From: a virus
Taxonomy: Duplodnaviria > Caudoviricetes
Reading direction: 5' to 3' (one strand)
Virus record (IMG/VR): IMGVR_UViG_3300029288_000123
Coordinates: 27,136 to 91,135 of that record
DNA: 64,000 nt
Position numbers and translations under genes: made by a program. Below the pieces are notes generated by a model. It was not told the DNA's origin. It did no database searches and saw only the letters and a program-made list of their open reading frames with translations. Each line of letters begins with the position of its first letter. Position 1 is the stretch's first letter. This document shows positions 1 through 8,992 of the stretch, piece after piece.

Positions 1-14
1 TTTCTTATAAATTT

Positions 15-620
15 ATGCCTTTGTTACCCGATAGACAGATATGGATAGATAAAACTTTTTTTGAGGATAATATAGAAGATATTCTTTTTCTAAGACATAA
101 AGACGTTGCATTATCTACTAGGATTAACAGTAAAATTAAAAGATTACATTATATTTCTAATAGAAGCGTTAGAAAAAAAATGGAAGAAGAATTTAAAGTT
201 ATAGAACAATTCAAAACAAACTGTAATATGAAAGAAGCATACAAAGGAAATTTGCTTTTTTGTGGTAGACAGGGATTAGTTGGAATTTTTGCAACATCAT
301 TAGCTATATTAAAAGGATTTAAAGAGATTTATTGGTTAGGAATGGATTACGGAAATCTTACAGTCAAAGATAAAAAAACACACTGGTATCAAGATATGAT
401 ACCCTCCGCTAATTTTAAACCAGAAATTAAATCTCATGGAATAGGAGTTCCCGCTCATTATAGAGACACTAAAACAGATAAAATCAATTATATGATAGAA
501 GATTTCAATGTATTTTTAAAATATAAAGATGTAAACATTAAAAACGTTTCTTTACAAAGTAATATTCAATCATTCGAAAAAATAAGTTATGATGAATTTT
601 TTAAATTAATTGCAGGGTAG
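15..620 (+). CDS. Maf/DUF115 (MptE-like) family glycosyltransferase-like protein, probably 5'-truncated by the window
   Basis: GFKEIYWLGMDY motif and N.S..S.I..F.K C-terminus typical of Maf/DUF115 proteins. Confidence 0.55.
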   Translation: MPLLPDRQIWIDKTFFEDNIEDILFLRHKDVALSTRINSKIKRLHYISNRSVRKKMEEEFKVIEQFKTNCNMKEAYKGNLLFCGRQGLVGIFATSLAILKGFKEIYWLGMDYGNLTVKDKKTHWYQDMIPSANFKPEIKSHGIGVPAHYRDTKTDKINYMIEDFNVFLKYKDVNIKNVSLQSNIQSFEKISYDEFFKLIAG

Positions 621-685
621 TGAAACGGATTCATACTTGGCTCATAACCAAGAGAAAGTGGGTTCGACTCCCACCCCTGCTACCA
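611..685 (+). tRNA. tRNA-Met(CAT), initiator-like
   Basis: Acceptor (T)GCAGGG/CCCTGC(T) with 1:72 mismatch, D stem GTGA/TCAT, anticodon arm CTTGG-CTCATAA-CCAAG, T arm GTGGG-TTCGACT-CCCAC, encoded ACCA. Confidence 0.93.
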
Positions 686-749
686 ATTTTTAAAAGAAAG
701 GATAATATTAAGTTTAAAATATAAATAGAAAAATATTATATACAAAATA

Positions 750-828
750 GCACTTAGTAGTTTTAAATGGGTTAAAATAACTGTCTTGTAAGCAGTAGTT
801 TTGGGTTCAAGTCCCAACAAGTGCTCCA
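750..828 (+). tRNA. tRNA-Thr(TGT)
   Basis: GCACTT(A)G/CAAGTGC acceptor, anticodon arm ACTGT-CTTGTAA-GCAGT, T arm TTGGG-TTCAAGT-CCCAA, encoded TCCA. Confidence 0.85.
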
Positions 829-1006
829 TTTAAAGGAAATATACATTGCAAAAAAATCAGGGTATAAAGTTATGTTGTTTTAATTGTATGAGATATAATA
901 TAGATAATCAAAAATGTATTTATCATAATATTCCTGTAGATACGGGTTTTGTTTGTATTTTTCATTTATTAAATTTTTTGTCAGAAACAAAACAGTAGGA
1001 GAAAAA

Positions 1007-1258
1007 ATGAAACCTATTCGCACGAAGTTACTTACTAAACACTCAAAAAAATGTAGAGCAGTAGATTCGGTAAAATTAGGATTATGGGCACATCCTTGGG
1101 CTTATATTCATAGATTTGAGCGTAAAGATAGTTTAGGAAGAAGAACAAAAGGGAGCGGTGAGAGATGGGCTGTGGTTATTTGTAATGACCCGAATTGTAA
1201 AGCACAACTTGCAATTAATGAAGAAGATATTTTAAATTTTGTAACTAAAGGAACATAA
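1007..1258 (+). CDS. hypothetical protein with CxxxxC motif
   Basis: ATG at 1007 preceded by AGGAG SD; stop overlaps the next start. Confidence 0.6.
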   Translation: MKPIRTKLLTKHSKKCRAVDSVKLGLWAHPWAYIHRFERKDSLGRRTKGSGERWAVVICNDPNCKAQLAINEEDILNFVTKGT

Positions 1259-1974
1259 TGAATAAAATATTTTGTATAGGCGATATTCACGGCTCTTATA
1301 AAGGTATGATGCAGTGTTTTGAAAGAGCAAAATTTGATTATAAAAAAGATACTTTAATTTGTCTTGGTGATGTTGCTGATGGTTGGGGTCAAGTTAAAGA
1401 ATGTTTTGATGAATTATTAAAAATAAAAAAATTAATATATGTGACCGGAAATCACGATTGCTGGTTCTTAGAATGGTCGTTATTAGGGATAGCACAAGAG
1501 ATATGGGTTTCTCAAGGTGGGAAAGCAACATTAAAATCTTATAAATATAATAGAAACAACGTTTCCATTAGCCATATAAAATTGTTACAAGATGCCTCTT
1601 ATTATTATGTTCTTAAAAATAAGGATAATAAGGAAATTTTATTTGTTCACGGTGGAATTAATGTCAACACTAAGATTGAACGACAAGACGGATTTACTAT
1701 AATGTGGGATAGAGAATTAATGAACTCTGCATATTTAAAAGGCAATCTTCGTCCAAATTATAGGTTGCAAGATAAATATAAAGAAATTTTTATAGGGCAC
1801 ACTACTACTCATCTATATAATAGTGATATTCCTTTGCATTGTTGTGAAGTTTGGAATTTAGATACTGGTGGGGGCTGGGAAGGAAAAATTACCATTATGA
1901 ATATTGATACTCATGAATATTGGCAAAGTGATAATTGTTATGAATTATATCCCGAAGAAAACGGTAGAAGATAG
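1258..1974 (+). CDS. calcineurin-like metallophosphoesterase (NinI/PrpA-like Ser/Thr phosphatase family)
   Basis: GDIHG, LGDVAD, GNHD, FVHGG, GHT and LDTG motifs. Confidence 0.9.
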   Translation: MNKIFCIGDIHGSYKGMMQCFERAKFDYKKDTLICLGDVADGWGQVKECFDELLKIKKLIYVTGNHDCWFLEWSLLGIAQEIWVSQGGKATLKSYKYNRNNVSISHIKLLQDASYYYVLKNKDNKEILFVHGGINVNTKIERQDGFTIMWDRELMNSAYLKGNLRPNYRLQDKYKEIFIGHTTTHLYNSDIPLHCCEVWNLDTGGGWEGKITIMNIDTHEYWQSDNCYELYPEENGRR

Positions 1975-1977
1975 TTC

Positions 1978-2006
1978 TTGACTTTAAAATATATATTTGT
2001 TATAAT
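1978..2006 (+). promoter_or_regulatory. sigma70 promoter of the glycan operon
   Basis: TTGACT-17 nt-TATAAT with extended -10 TG. Confidence 0.85.
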
Positions 2007-2026
2007 TATAAAATAGGAGATAATAA

Positions 2027-2284
2027 ATGAGTTTTAATAAGGAAAAAATTCAAAAACAAGTAAATGAGATTATAATAAGGAATTTATGTGTCGCCCCTTC
2101 AGAAATTAATAATCCTATTAGTTTAGAGGATTTATCAGCAGACGAACTTGATATTATAGAGATTGTTGTAGATATAGAAGAGTTTTTTGGTATAGAAATC
2201 TCTGATGAAGAAGCAGATAATTTTGTTTTAGTAGAAGATATTTATAATATAGTAGAAAATCGCCTAAAAGAAAAGGAGCAGTAA
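2027..2284 (+). CDS. acyl carrier protein homolog lacking the phosphopantetheine Ser
   Basis: Acidic 85 aa; EDLSADELDIIEIVVDIEEFFGIEISDEEA matches the ACP consensus DLGADSLDxVE...EEEFGIEIPDE except S->E. Confidence 0.85.
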   Translation: MSFNKEKIQKQVNEIIIRNLCVAPSEINNPISLEDLSADELDIIEIVVDIEEFFGIEISDEEADNFVLVEDIYNIVENRLKEKEQ

Positions 2285-2682
2285 TGGAGGATTCTATTCA
2301 TAAAATTTGGGGTGAAAGACGTAGGATTTTATTAAGTAAAGAATGTGAAATAGATTTATTATATCTCAAAAAGGATACATTTTGTTCCACACATAGACAC
2401 GAACACAAAGCAAATAAATTTTATGTTGTTTCGGGAAAAATAGAAATTCAGACAGAGTTTGATAAAAAAATATTAATAAAAGACGAGCACTTTTCAGTTT
2501 ATCCCCCCGTAACTCACAGGTTTGTAGCTTTAGAAGATAGTATAATTATTGAACTTGCTTATGTTACTAAAGGGAAAATAGATACTGAAGATATTAGAAG
2601 ATTAACCCAAGGCGGTAAAATTATTGCTGGTGAAGAAATGACAGAAAATTCTTTAAGAGAAAAAGGTCTTTTGAATTTATGA
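2284..2682 (+). CDS. cupin-fold sugar isomerase-like protein
   Basis: CSTHRHEHKANKFYVVSG and HRF cupin metal motifs. Confidence 0.75.
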   Translation: MEDSIHKIWGERRRILLSKECEIDLLYLKKDTFCSTHRHEHKANKFYVVSGKIEIQTEFDKKILIKDEHFSVYPPVTHRFVALEDSIIIELAYVTKGKIDTEDIRRLTQGGKIIAGEEMTENSLREKGLLNL

Positions 2683-3518
2683 GTGTTTTTTCTAAACCCG
2701 ATTGTAATATAAAAGTTAAGATTTTCATTGTAACTTATAAAAATTCTAATGTATTAAATGATACATTAGAAAGTTTATTTGAAGGAATACGTTTTTATTG
2801 TAATTTTATTAAATTAATAGAGATATATATTATTAATAATCATAGTATATTTTTACTTAATAATAAGTTTAAATCGGGAGAACGGATGGTAAAAGTATTG
2901 CACAATGTTTTAAGACCCGATTTTTCTACTGGTTATCTCTCTCGAAATTGGAATCAGGCACTTATATTGGGTTTTCAAAATCTTCAAGAACCAGACGCAA
3001 ATATAGTTATAGCTTGCCAAGATGATACTTTATTTTATCCCGATTGGCTTAAAAATATTGTGTCTTTACATGGTAAGGGATATTCTTTTATTACGTATGG
3101 TTGGGGAGATAATTTTATGAGTTTTACTCCTGAAGCAGTAAAACAAATAGGATTATTTGATGAAAGATTTATATTTAGTGGAGTAACTTCCGATTATTTT
3201 TTAAGAGCACTAAAATATAACAAAAACAAATCTTCTATTAACGACTACTATCACGGAAGAATACTGAATGAAGAAAAAATAAAAATTGCAGACAGACCAA
3301 ATAACATTAAAATTCATATGGAAGAAAGAAAAGCCCATAAAGATTACGGTCATACTATTTTACATCACAAATGGAATAGAATAACGGGAACGGCTACTAA
3401 ATGGACAAAAGAATTTATTGATAATTGTCCCGCTAATATAAAATTTCCTCAGTATATAATGTATCCTTATTTTGAAAAAGATATTTTAACATTAAAGGAA
3501 CAAAAAATATTATGTTAA
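2679..3518 (+). CDS. GT2-like glycosyltransferase
   Basis: IFIVTYK, SRNWNQAL, QDD, IGLFDERF and DYFLR motifs. Confidence 0.75.
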   Translation: MSVFSKPDCNIKVKIFIVTYKNSNVLNDTLESLFEGIRFYCNFIKLIEIYIINNHSIFLLNNKFKSGERMVKVLHNVLRPDFSTGYLSRNWNQALILGFQNLQEPDANIVIACQDDTLFYPDWLKNIVSLHGKGYSFITYGWGDNFMSFTPEAVKQIGLFDERFIFSGVTSDYFLRALKYNKNKSSINDYYHGRILNEEKIKIADRPNNIKIHMEERKAHKDYGHTILHHKWNRITGTATKWTKEFIDNCPANIKFPQYIMYPYFEKDILTLKEQKILC

Positions 3519-4414
3519 AAGGATATTCTAATTTTAATATTAAATTATTAAAAAATAAAGATGGTTATTTTATTAAAAAATCTGATGGAAAACGTTTACA
3601 ACGACAGATAGATAAACAGAAGAAATTACAATCTCTAATAGAAAGAAGTCCGGTTAATGATTATTTTAGTGTTCCTTCTATTTTAAAAAGAAACTCTCAC
3701 TCCGCTACAATGGAATTTTTTAATGGAAAATCTATATTAGATATTTTTGAAACCGGAGATACTACTTTTTTAGATATAACAGTTAAAAAATTAATGGGTT
3801 TTATTGATTGGGAATATACAGAATATAATAATACTCATTTACCAAAAGAGTATATGCTTGATTTTGATAATCTTATTCATAATAAAATATATTTAAAATT
3901 AGAAGAAATAAAACACAAAGTAAAAGATTTTGCTATAGAAATTACTATAGATAGATTCTGGGAAATTTTTTGTAAATTATCTAAAGAAGAATTATATCCT
4001 AAATTTTTAACAACCAAATTTCCCTGCGGTTTTTGTCACGGGGACTTTACTTTTTCTAATATGATATTCACAGATAAAATAATATTACTTGATTTTTGTG
4101 ATTGTTATATAGAAACCCCATTACAAGATATAGCAAAACTTCTTCAAGAAATAAGATTAGAATGGTCTTTGCTTATTAATTCTGAACACAGAGATATACC
4201 AAAAATTAAAATAGCATATAATTATTTACGAAACAAATTAGAAAGTAAACTATTATTGTATAATAAATGGTGTATAGTATTTTATATAATGGTTTTGTTT
4301 AGGTTGTTTCCTTATATAAAAGACAAAAACGTTTATTTAAAAGTATTTACTGAAGTCCTATTTCAGTTAACTATAATGGAAGAAATTATATTAAAAGCGG
4401 AGATACCAGAATGA
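3512..4414 (+). CDS. APH/choline-kinase-like phosphotransferase
   Basis: HGDFTFSNM catalytic loop, LLDF, DIAKL. Confidence 0.8.
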   Translation: MLKGYSNFNIKLLKNKDGYFIKKSDGKRLQRQIDKQKKLQSLIERSPVNDYFSVPSILKRNSHSATMEFFNGKSILDIFETGDTTFLDITVKKLMGFIDWEYTEYNNTHLPKEYMLDFDNLIHNKIYLKLEEIKHKVKDFAIEITIDRFWEIFCKLSKEELYPKFLTTKFPCGFCHGDFTFSNMIFTDKIILLDFCDCYIETPLQDIAKLLQEIRLEWSLLINSEHRDIPKIKIAYNYLRNKLESKLLLYNKWCIVFYIMVLFRLFPYIKDKNVYLKVFTEVLFQLTIMEEIILKAEIPE

Positions 4415-5472
4415 ATTTAATATTACCTGTAGCAGGAAAATCTTCAAGGTTTCCTAATTTACGACCAAAGTTTCTATTAACTCATCCTTACGGTTGCCTT
4501 ATGCTTACAGAGTCTATAAAAGGACTTAATCTAAATAAAATTAAACAAATTATTATTGTTGCTTTAAAAGAACACGAAGAAAAATATAATTTTTCAAAAG
4601 AATTACTAGGAGAATTAAAAAAAGTATCTGAATTATCTCAAATTAAATTATTATTATTAGATAAACCGACAAATAGCCAACCAGAAACCGTATCTAAAGC
4701 CATAGAAAAATATAATTTAAAGGGCGGTATATTAATAAAAGATTCTGATAATTATTTTAAATTTGATAGTGAATACCACAATAATACAGTGATAGTTGCT
4801 GATTTACAGAAATGTAATAAAATAAATGCAGGAAATAAAAGTTATGTAAATATAGGAGTAAAAAATACTGTTACTAATATAGCAGAAAAGAAAGTGATAA
4901 GTAATCTATTTTGTTGTGGTGGTTATTATTTTGCGGGTGCTCAAGAATTTTTAAAGCATTTTAAAGAAATAAAAGACAATGTTTCTAATATTTATATATC
5001 TCATATTATTTACAAAATGATACTTGATAAGCAGATATTTTTTGCTGAAGAAGCTTCAGATTATATAGATTGGGGAACATTAGAAGATTGGATGGAGTAT
5101 AAGAAGCATTTTTCTACTATTTTTGTGGATATAGACGGAGTATTACTTGTTAATGGAGGCAAACACTGTACTCCTAAGTGGGGAGAAGGTGGTGGAATAC
5201 AGAAAAATATAGATATTTTGAATAAATTATATGACAGTAAAAAAACCTATATAGTTATTACTACATCTAGACCGGAAGAATATAAAAAACTTACAAAAGA
5301 ACAACTTTCAAAAAGCGGACTTAAATACCATAGAATAATAATGTCATTACCACATAGCCAAAGAATACTGATAAATGACCACGCAAAATCTAATCCTTAT
5401 CCTTCGGCTATAGCAATTAATTTAGAACGAAATTCGGATAAACTAGAGGATATTTTAAAATGTTATGAATAA
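4411..5472 (+). CDS. sugar-phosphate nucleotidyltransferase fused to a HAD phosphatase
   Basis: ILPVAGKSSRF...PK, AEKK and DWGT in the N-terminal part; VDIDGVL and TTSR in the C-terminal part. Confidence 0.85.
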   Translation: MNLILPVAGKSSRFPNLRPKFLLTHPYGCLMLTESIKGLNLNKIKQIIIVALKEHEEKYNFSKELLGELKKVSELSQIKLLLLDKPTNSQPETVSKAIEKYNLKGGILIKDSDNYFKFDSEYHNNTVIVADLQKCNKINAGNKSYVNIGVKNTVTNIAEKKVISNLFCCGGYYFAGAQEFLKHFKEIKDNVSNIYISHIIYKMILDKQIFFAEEASDYIDWGTLEDWMEYKKHFSTIFVDIDGVLLVNGGKHCTPKWGEGGGIQKNIDILNKLYDSKKTYIVITTSRPEEYKKLTKEQLSKSGLKYHRIIMSLPHSQRILINDHAKSNPYPSAIAINLERNSDKLEDILKCYE

Positions 5473-6358
5473 CAAAAATCCTACAGTTTATTTTGCTATG
5501 TCTTGTGATAATAAATATAAGTATTTGTTTTATCTTACTGTTTGTTTAGAATCTATAATGAAATTTAGTAATAAAAACATTAATTACTTGTTATATTTAT
5601 TTACAAATAGTTGGTCTGATGAACAAACAAAAATATTTAATAAATTTACAGATAACTATAAAAATTTAACAGTTCAATTGTTTGATTTGGAAAAAACACA
5701 AATTCAAAAAACAAATTATATAAACCAAAGATATTCTGTTTCTGCTATAAGCAGATTGTATTTGCCTGTTATATTAAAAAATTTAAAAAAAATTATATAT
5801 TTTGACTGCGATTTATTCATAAGGGTTGATATTAAAACACTCTATGATATTGAATTAGATAAATATTGGGTAGGATGTGTAAAAGATTATGGGTTAATTT
5901 CTCTAGTAGAAAGAAATAGTAAAAAATATTTGTGTAATTATCCTCATTTTGCAAATCTTAGATGGAACGACTATGTTTATAAAATTTTAGAGATGAAAGA
6001 CCATAGAAATCAATTTAATAGCGGTGTTATGTTAATAAATTTAGAATCTTTCAGAGAAAACGATTTAACAAAAAAATGTGTTTCTGATTATGAAAGAATC
6101 AAACCTGTTTTTGCCGACCAATGTGTATTAAATAAACACTGTGAAAACAATATAAAATATATTTCATCTGAATGGAATGTATTAAGCAGTCAACAAGTAA
6201 CATTAGGAAATATTACAAAAATTTATAAGAAAGCAAAAATTATACATAAACCATGGAAACACGTGTTAATTAAAAATGAATTTTATGATTTGGCTTTAAA
6301 ATCACCATTCAAAAAAATTTTTGAAAAGGAGACAAATGAAAAAAGAAAAAAGAATTGA
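5465..6358 (+). CDS. GT8 family glycosyltransferase
   Basis: RLYLP, IYFDCD, FNSGVMLINL, DQCVLN, WN and IIHKPW motifs. Confidence 0.9.
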   Translation: MNNKNPTVYFAMSCDNKYKYLFYLTVCLESIMKFSNKNINYLLYLFTNSWSDEQTKIFNKFTDNYKNLTVQLFDLEKTQIQKTNYINQRYSVSAISRLYLPVILKNLKKIIYFDCDLFIRVDIKTLYDIELDKYWVGCVKDYGLISLVERNSKKYLCNYPHFANLRWNDYVYKILEMKDHRNQFNSGVMLINLESFRENDLTKKCVSDYERIKPVFADQCVLNKHCENNIKYISSEWNVLSSQQVTLGNITKIYKKAKIIHKPWKHVLIKNEFYDLALKSPFKKIFEKETNEKRKKN

Positions 6359-6941
6359 AGAAATTTTAAAAACCGGTAGAAGAATGTCAGTTAATTGTTG
6401 GGATTTAAATTGGAAAAATGTAAATAAAAAAATAAATAGATTCGGCGGGGTTTATAAAATTATCCGGAAATATTTCAATAAAGATTTTATAGTGGCAGAA
6501 ATAGGTTGTTATGAAGGAAACTTATCCGAGTTTTTTGCTTTACAGTGTAAAGAATTATATTGTATTGACCCTTGGGATTCTTCTATATATAGTAATAACA
6601 CATATAAAAATGATTATAATACATTTAAAAACTGTTTAGAAGAAAAGAAAAAAGCATTTTATAAGATTAAAAATAAATATAAAAACATTAATACTATAGA
6701 AAATTTCAGTTATAATGTTTATAATTGGTTTCCCGATAAATTTTTTGATTGTATATATCTAGACGGAAACCATTCTTATGAAGCAGTTAAACAAGATATT
6801 ATACAGTGGAAACCAAAAGTAAAAACAAAAGGAATTCTTTCGGGGCACGATTATACCTCTCAAGTCAAAAAAGCAGTGCAGGAAACTTTAGGAACAGTAG
6901 AAAGATATGAAGATACCAGTTGGGTAAAGGTGATAACGTGA
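6336..6941 (+). CDS. class I SAM methyltransferase (Methyltransf_24-like)
   Basis: AEIGCYEG, CIDPW, IYLDGNHSYE and GHDY motifs. Confidence 0.88.
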   Translation: MKKEKRIEEILKTGRRMSVNCWDLNWKNVNKKINRFGGVYKIIRKYFNKDFIVAEIGCYEGNLSEFFALQCKELYCIDPWDSSIYSNNTYKNDYNTFKNCLEEKKKAFYKIKNKYKNINTIENFSYNVYNWFPDKFFDCIYLDGNHSYEAVKQDIIQWKPKVKTKGILSGHDYTSQVKKAVQETLGTVERYEDTSWVKVIT

Positions 6942-7504
6942 ATGATAAAGATTTATTAGAATTAATTAAAAAAAGAAGAAGTGTTAGAATTTTTCAACAA
7001 GAAAAAGATATTTCTTTCGGAGATATAAGAGATATTATAGAAGCAGGAATATATGCTCCTTCAGGAAGCAATACTCAGTGTTATCGGTTTATTATTACAA
7101 CAGAGGAGTTAGATATTTATTTTTTAAGTGAAAAAAAATTAAGTTGGATTAAAGAAAGCAAGTGTTGTATTATAGTATATGCAGATTTAACACAGTGCAA
7201 TTATTTAAAAAGTAATAGGAAGGAAGTATTTAAATATTTACCTTATCAGGATTGTTCAATGGCTATGCAAAATATGTTGTTGATGGCGACTGCTAAAGGA
7301 ATAAGTTCTTGTATGGTTCATCTTAGTGAGGAATGGAAAACAGCTAAAAAAATTAAAGAGTATTTCGGTTTAATATCAACTGACGAGCTTATGGGAATTA
7401 TAGTTCTCGGATATAGCAATAAAACAGAAGGAGATGACACTCACGCCGGAAAACCAGTTAAGCGTAATATATTAGGGAGTTATATTAAAACTTGGAGACA
7501 ATAA
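6938..7504 (+). CDS. nitroreductase family protein
   Basis: RRSVR, APSGSNTQ and QNMLLMA..KGISSC motifs; GTG start after AAGG. Confidence 0.88.
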   Translation: MNDKDLLELIKKRRSVRIFQQEKDISFGDIRDIIEAGIYAPSGSNTQCYRFIITTEELDIYFLSEKKLSWIKESKCCIIVYADLTQCNYLKSNRKEVFKYLPYQDCSMAMQNMLLMATAKGISSCMVHLSEEWKTAKKIKEYFGLISTDELMGIIVLGYSNKTEGDDTHAGKPVKRNILGSYIKTWRQ

Positions 7505-7878
7505 AAATGAAGTTGTTATCTAGAGGTAGAAGAAGACTTGTTTATTCTTACGATAATAAAATATTAAAAATTAATAAACACAATTATTTACCGGATTTTA
7601 ATTTACAAGAGTGGCAAAACTGGTTAAAAGTAAAAGGGACAGAATTCGAAAAATATTTTTGTCCTTGTATTGAATATAGAGATGATACTGTTTTATTAAT
7701 GGAAAAAGGAGAAAAAATAAATTGGAAAGATGAAAAATATTATAATGTTTTGGTTTCTGCTATATTTACTGACAGAAAACCAAAAAATTTTTGTTTATAT
7801 AAAAATCGTATAGTTGGAGTTGATTATCACAGAATAAATTCTTTACAGCATAAATTAATAACAATTAATAAGAGGTAA
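7492..7878 (+). CDS. minimal kinase-like hypothetical protein
   Basis: RGRRRLVY, ILK, E, DRKPKN and VDY resemble a degenerate kinase core. Confidence 0.4.
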   Translation: METIKMKLLSRGRRRLVYSYDNKILKINKHNYLPDFNLQEWQNWLKVKGTEFEKYFCPCIEYRDDTVLLMEKGEKINWKDEKYYNVLVSAIFTDRKPKNFCLYKNRIVGVDYHRINSLQHKLITINKR

Positions 7879-7879
7879 T

Positions 7880-8413
7880 ATGAAACAATCATCATTAGAA
7901 TATATAAAAGAAGTAGTTTTAAAACACGGGTATCAAGATGTAGAATGTATAAATTTTGTAGGTAGAACTAAATCTTATTTATTATGGGAATCAATAAAAG
8001 ATTTAGTAAATTGGAAAAACAAAACGGTTGTAGATTTAGGTTCTCATTTTGGATATTTTTCTTTTAAAGCAGTAGCTTTGGAAGCTAAAGTTATAGGTTT
8101 AGAAAAAGAACAATATAAAGTTGATATAGCTAATTTAATAAGTCAAGATTTTAGTAATAAAGTAAAATTTAAAATATGGGAAGACGGACAAGATATTCCA
8201 AAATCAGAAATAATATTGTGTCTAAATGTGTTTCATCATTTTAAAAATAAAGAACTAACCTTACAAAAAATGAATTGTGATGAAGCTATTTTTAGAGTCA
8301 ATAAAGGAAATATATCTTTAATAAAAAAATATTTTAAAATAAAAAAAGAATTTCAATCTGAAAAATTATGGAAACCAAACAGAAAAATATTATTGTTAGA
8401 AAGGATAAAATGA
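7880..8413 (+). CDS. class I SAM methyltransferase
   Basis: VVDLGSHFGYFS, GLE, LCLNVFHH. Confidence 0.8.
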   Translation: MKQSSLEYIKEVVLKHGYQDVECINFVGRTKSYLLWESIKDLVNWKNKTVVDLGSHFGYFSFKAVALEAKVIGLEKEQYKVDIANLISQDFSNKVKFKIWEDGQDIPKSEIILCLNVFHHFKNKELTLQKMNCDEAIFRVNKGNISLIKKYFKIKKEFQSEKLWKPNRKILLLERIK

Positions 8414-8991
8414 GCGAACAAAATAAAAAACAAGCAAAACATCTGCGTTCTAAAGAAAGAAAAGTTACTAGTTCTTATAATAAAGCAAACCTTTGGTGGT
8501 GGTTATGTAGATATGTAGCGGATTTACAATTCATTGATAAAAGAGATATTGTGATAGATGTAGGATGTGGATGCGGAGTAGGAACTTCTATCCTAGCGGA
8601 AAAAGCAAAAACCGTTATAGGCATTGATGATAGTAAAGAAAGTATAGATTTTGCTAATACATACTGGTCAAGACCCAATATAGATTTCTTTTATTTAGAT
8701 TGTTTTCAAATACAAACCGAAGTTCCTTTTGATGTAGTAGTTGCTCATGAATTAATAGAGCACGTGAAAGATACTGAGAAACTATTTGAATTGTTTGGAA
8801 CAATAACAAAAAAATATTTAATATTTACGACCCCTTTAGATACAGACCCTATTAAAAATAAGTGGCACTGGAGGCATTTATCGTTAAAAGAAATTAAGCA
8901 GGAACTTATTAAAAACGGTTTTAAATTAATACAAGAAAAATTTATGAATAAACAGTATTTTGTAGCTAAAAAAATATCACCAAAGGACTAA
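8410..8991 (+). CDS. class I SAM methyltransferase (paralog of 38916-39491)
   Basis: IDVGCGCGVG, IGID, ELIEHV, TTP; ATG at 8410 with AAGGA SD. Confidence 0.88.
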   Translation: MSEQNKKQAKHLRSKERKVTSSYNKANLWWWLCRYVADLQFIDKRDIVIDVGCGCGVGTSILAEKAKTVIGIDDSKESIDFANTYWSRPNIDFFYLDCFQIQTEVPFDVVVAHELIEHVKDTEKLFELFGTITKKYLIFTTPLDTDPIKNKWHWRHLSLKEIKQELIKNGFKLIQEKFMNKQYFVAKKISPKD

Positions 8992-8992
8992 T

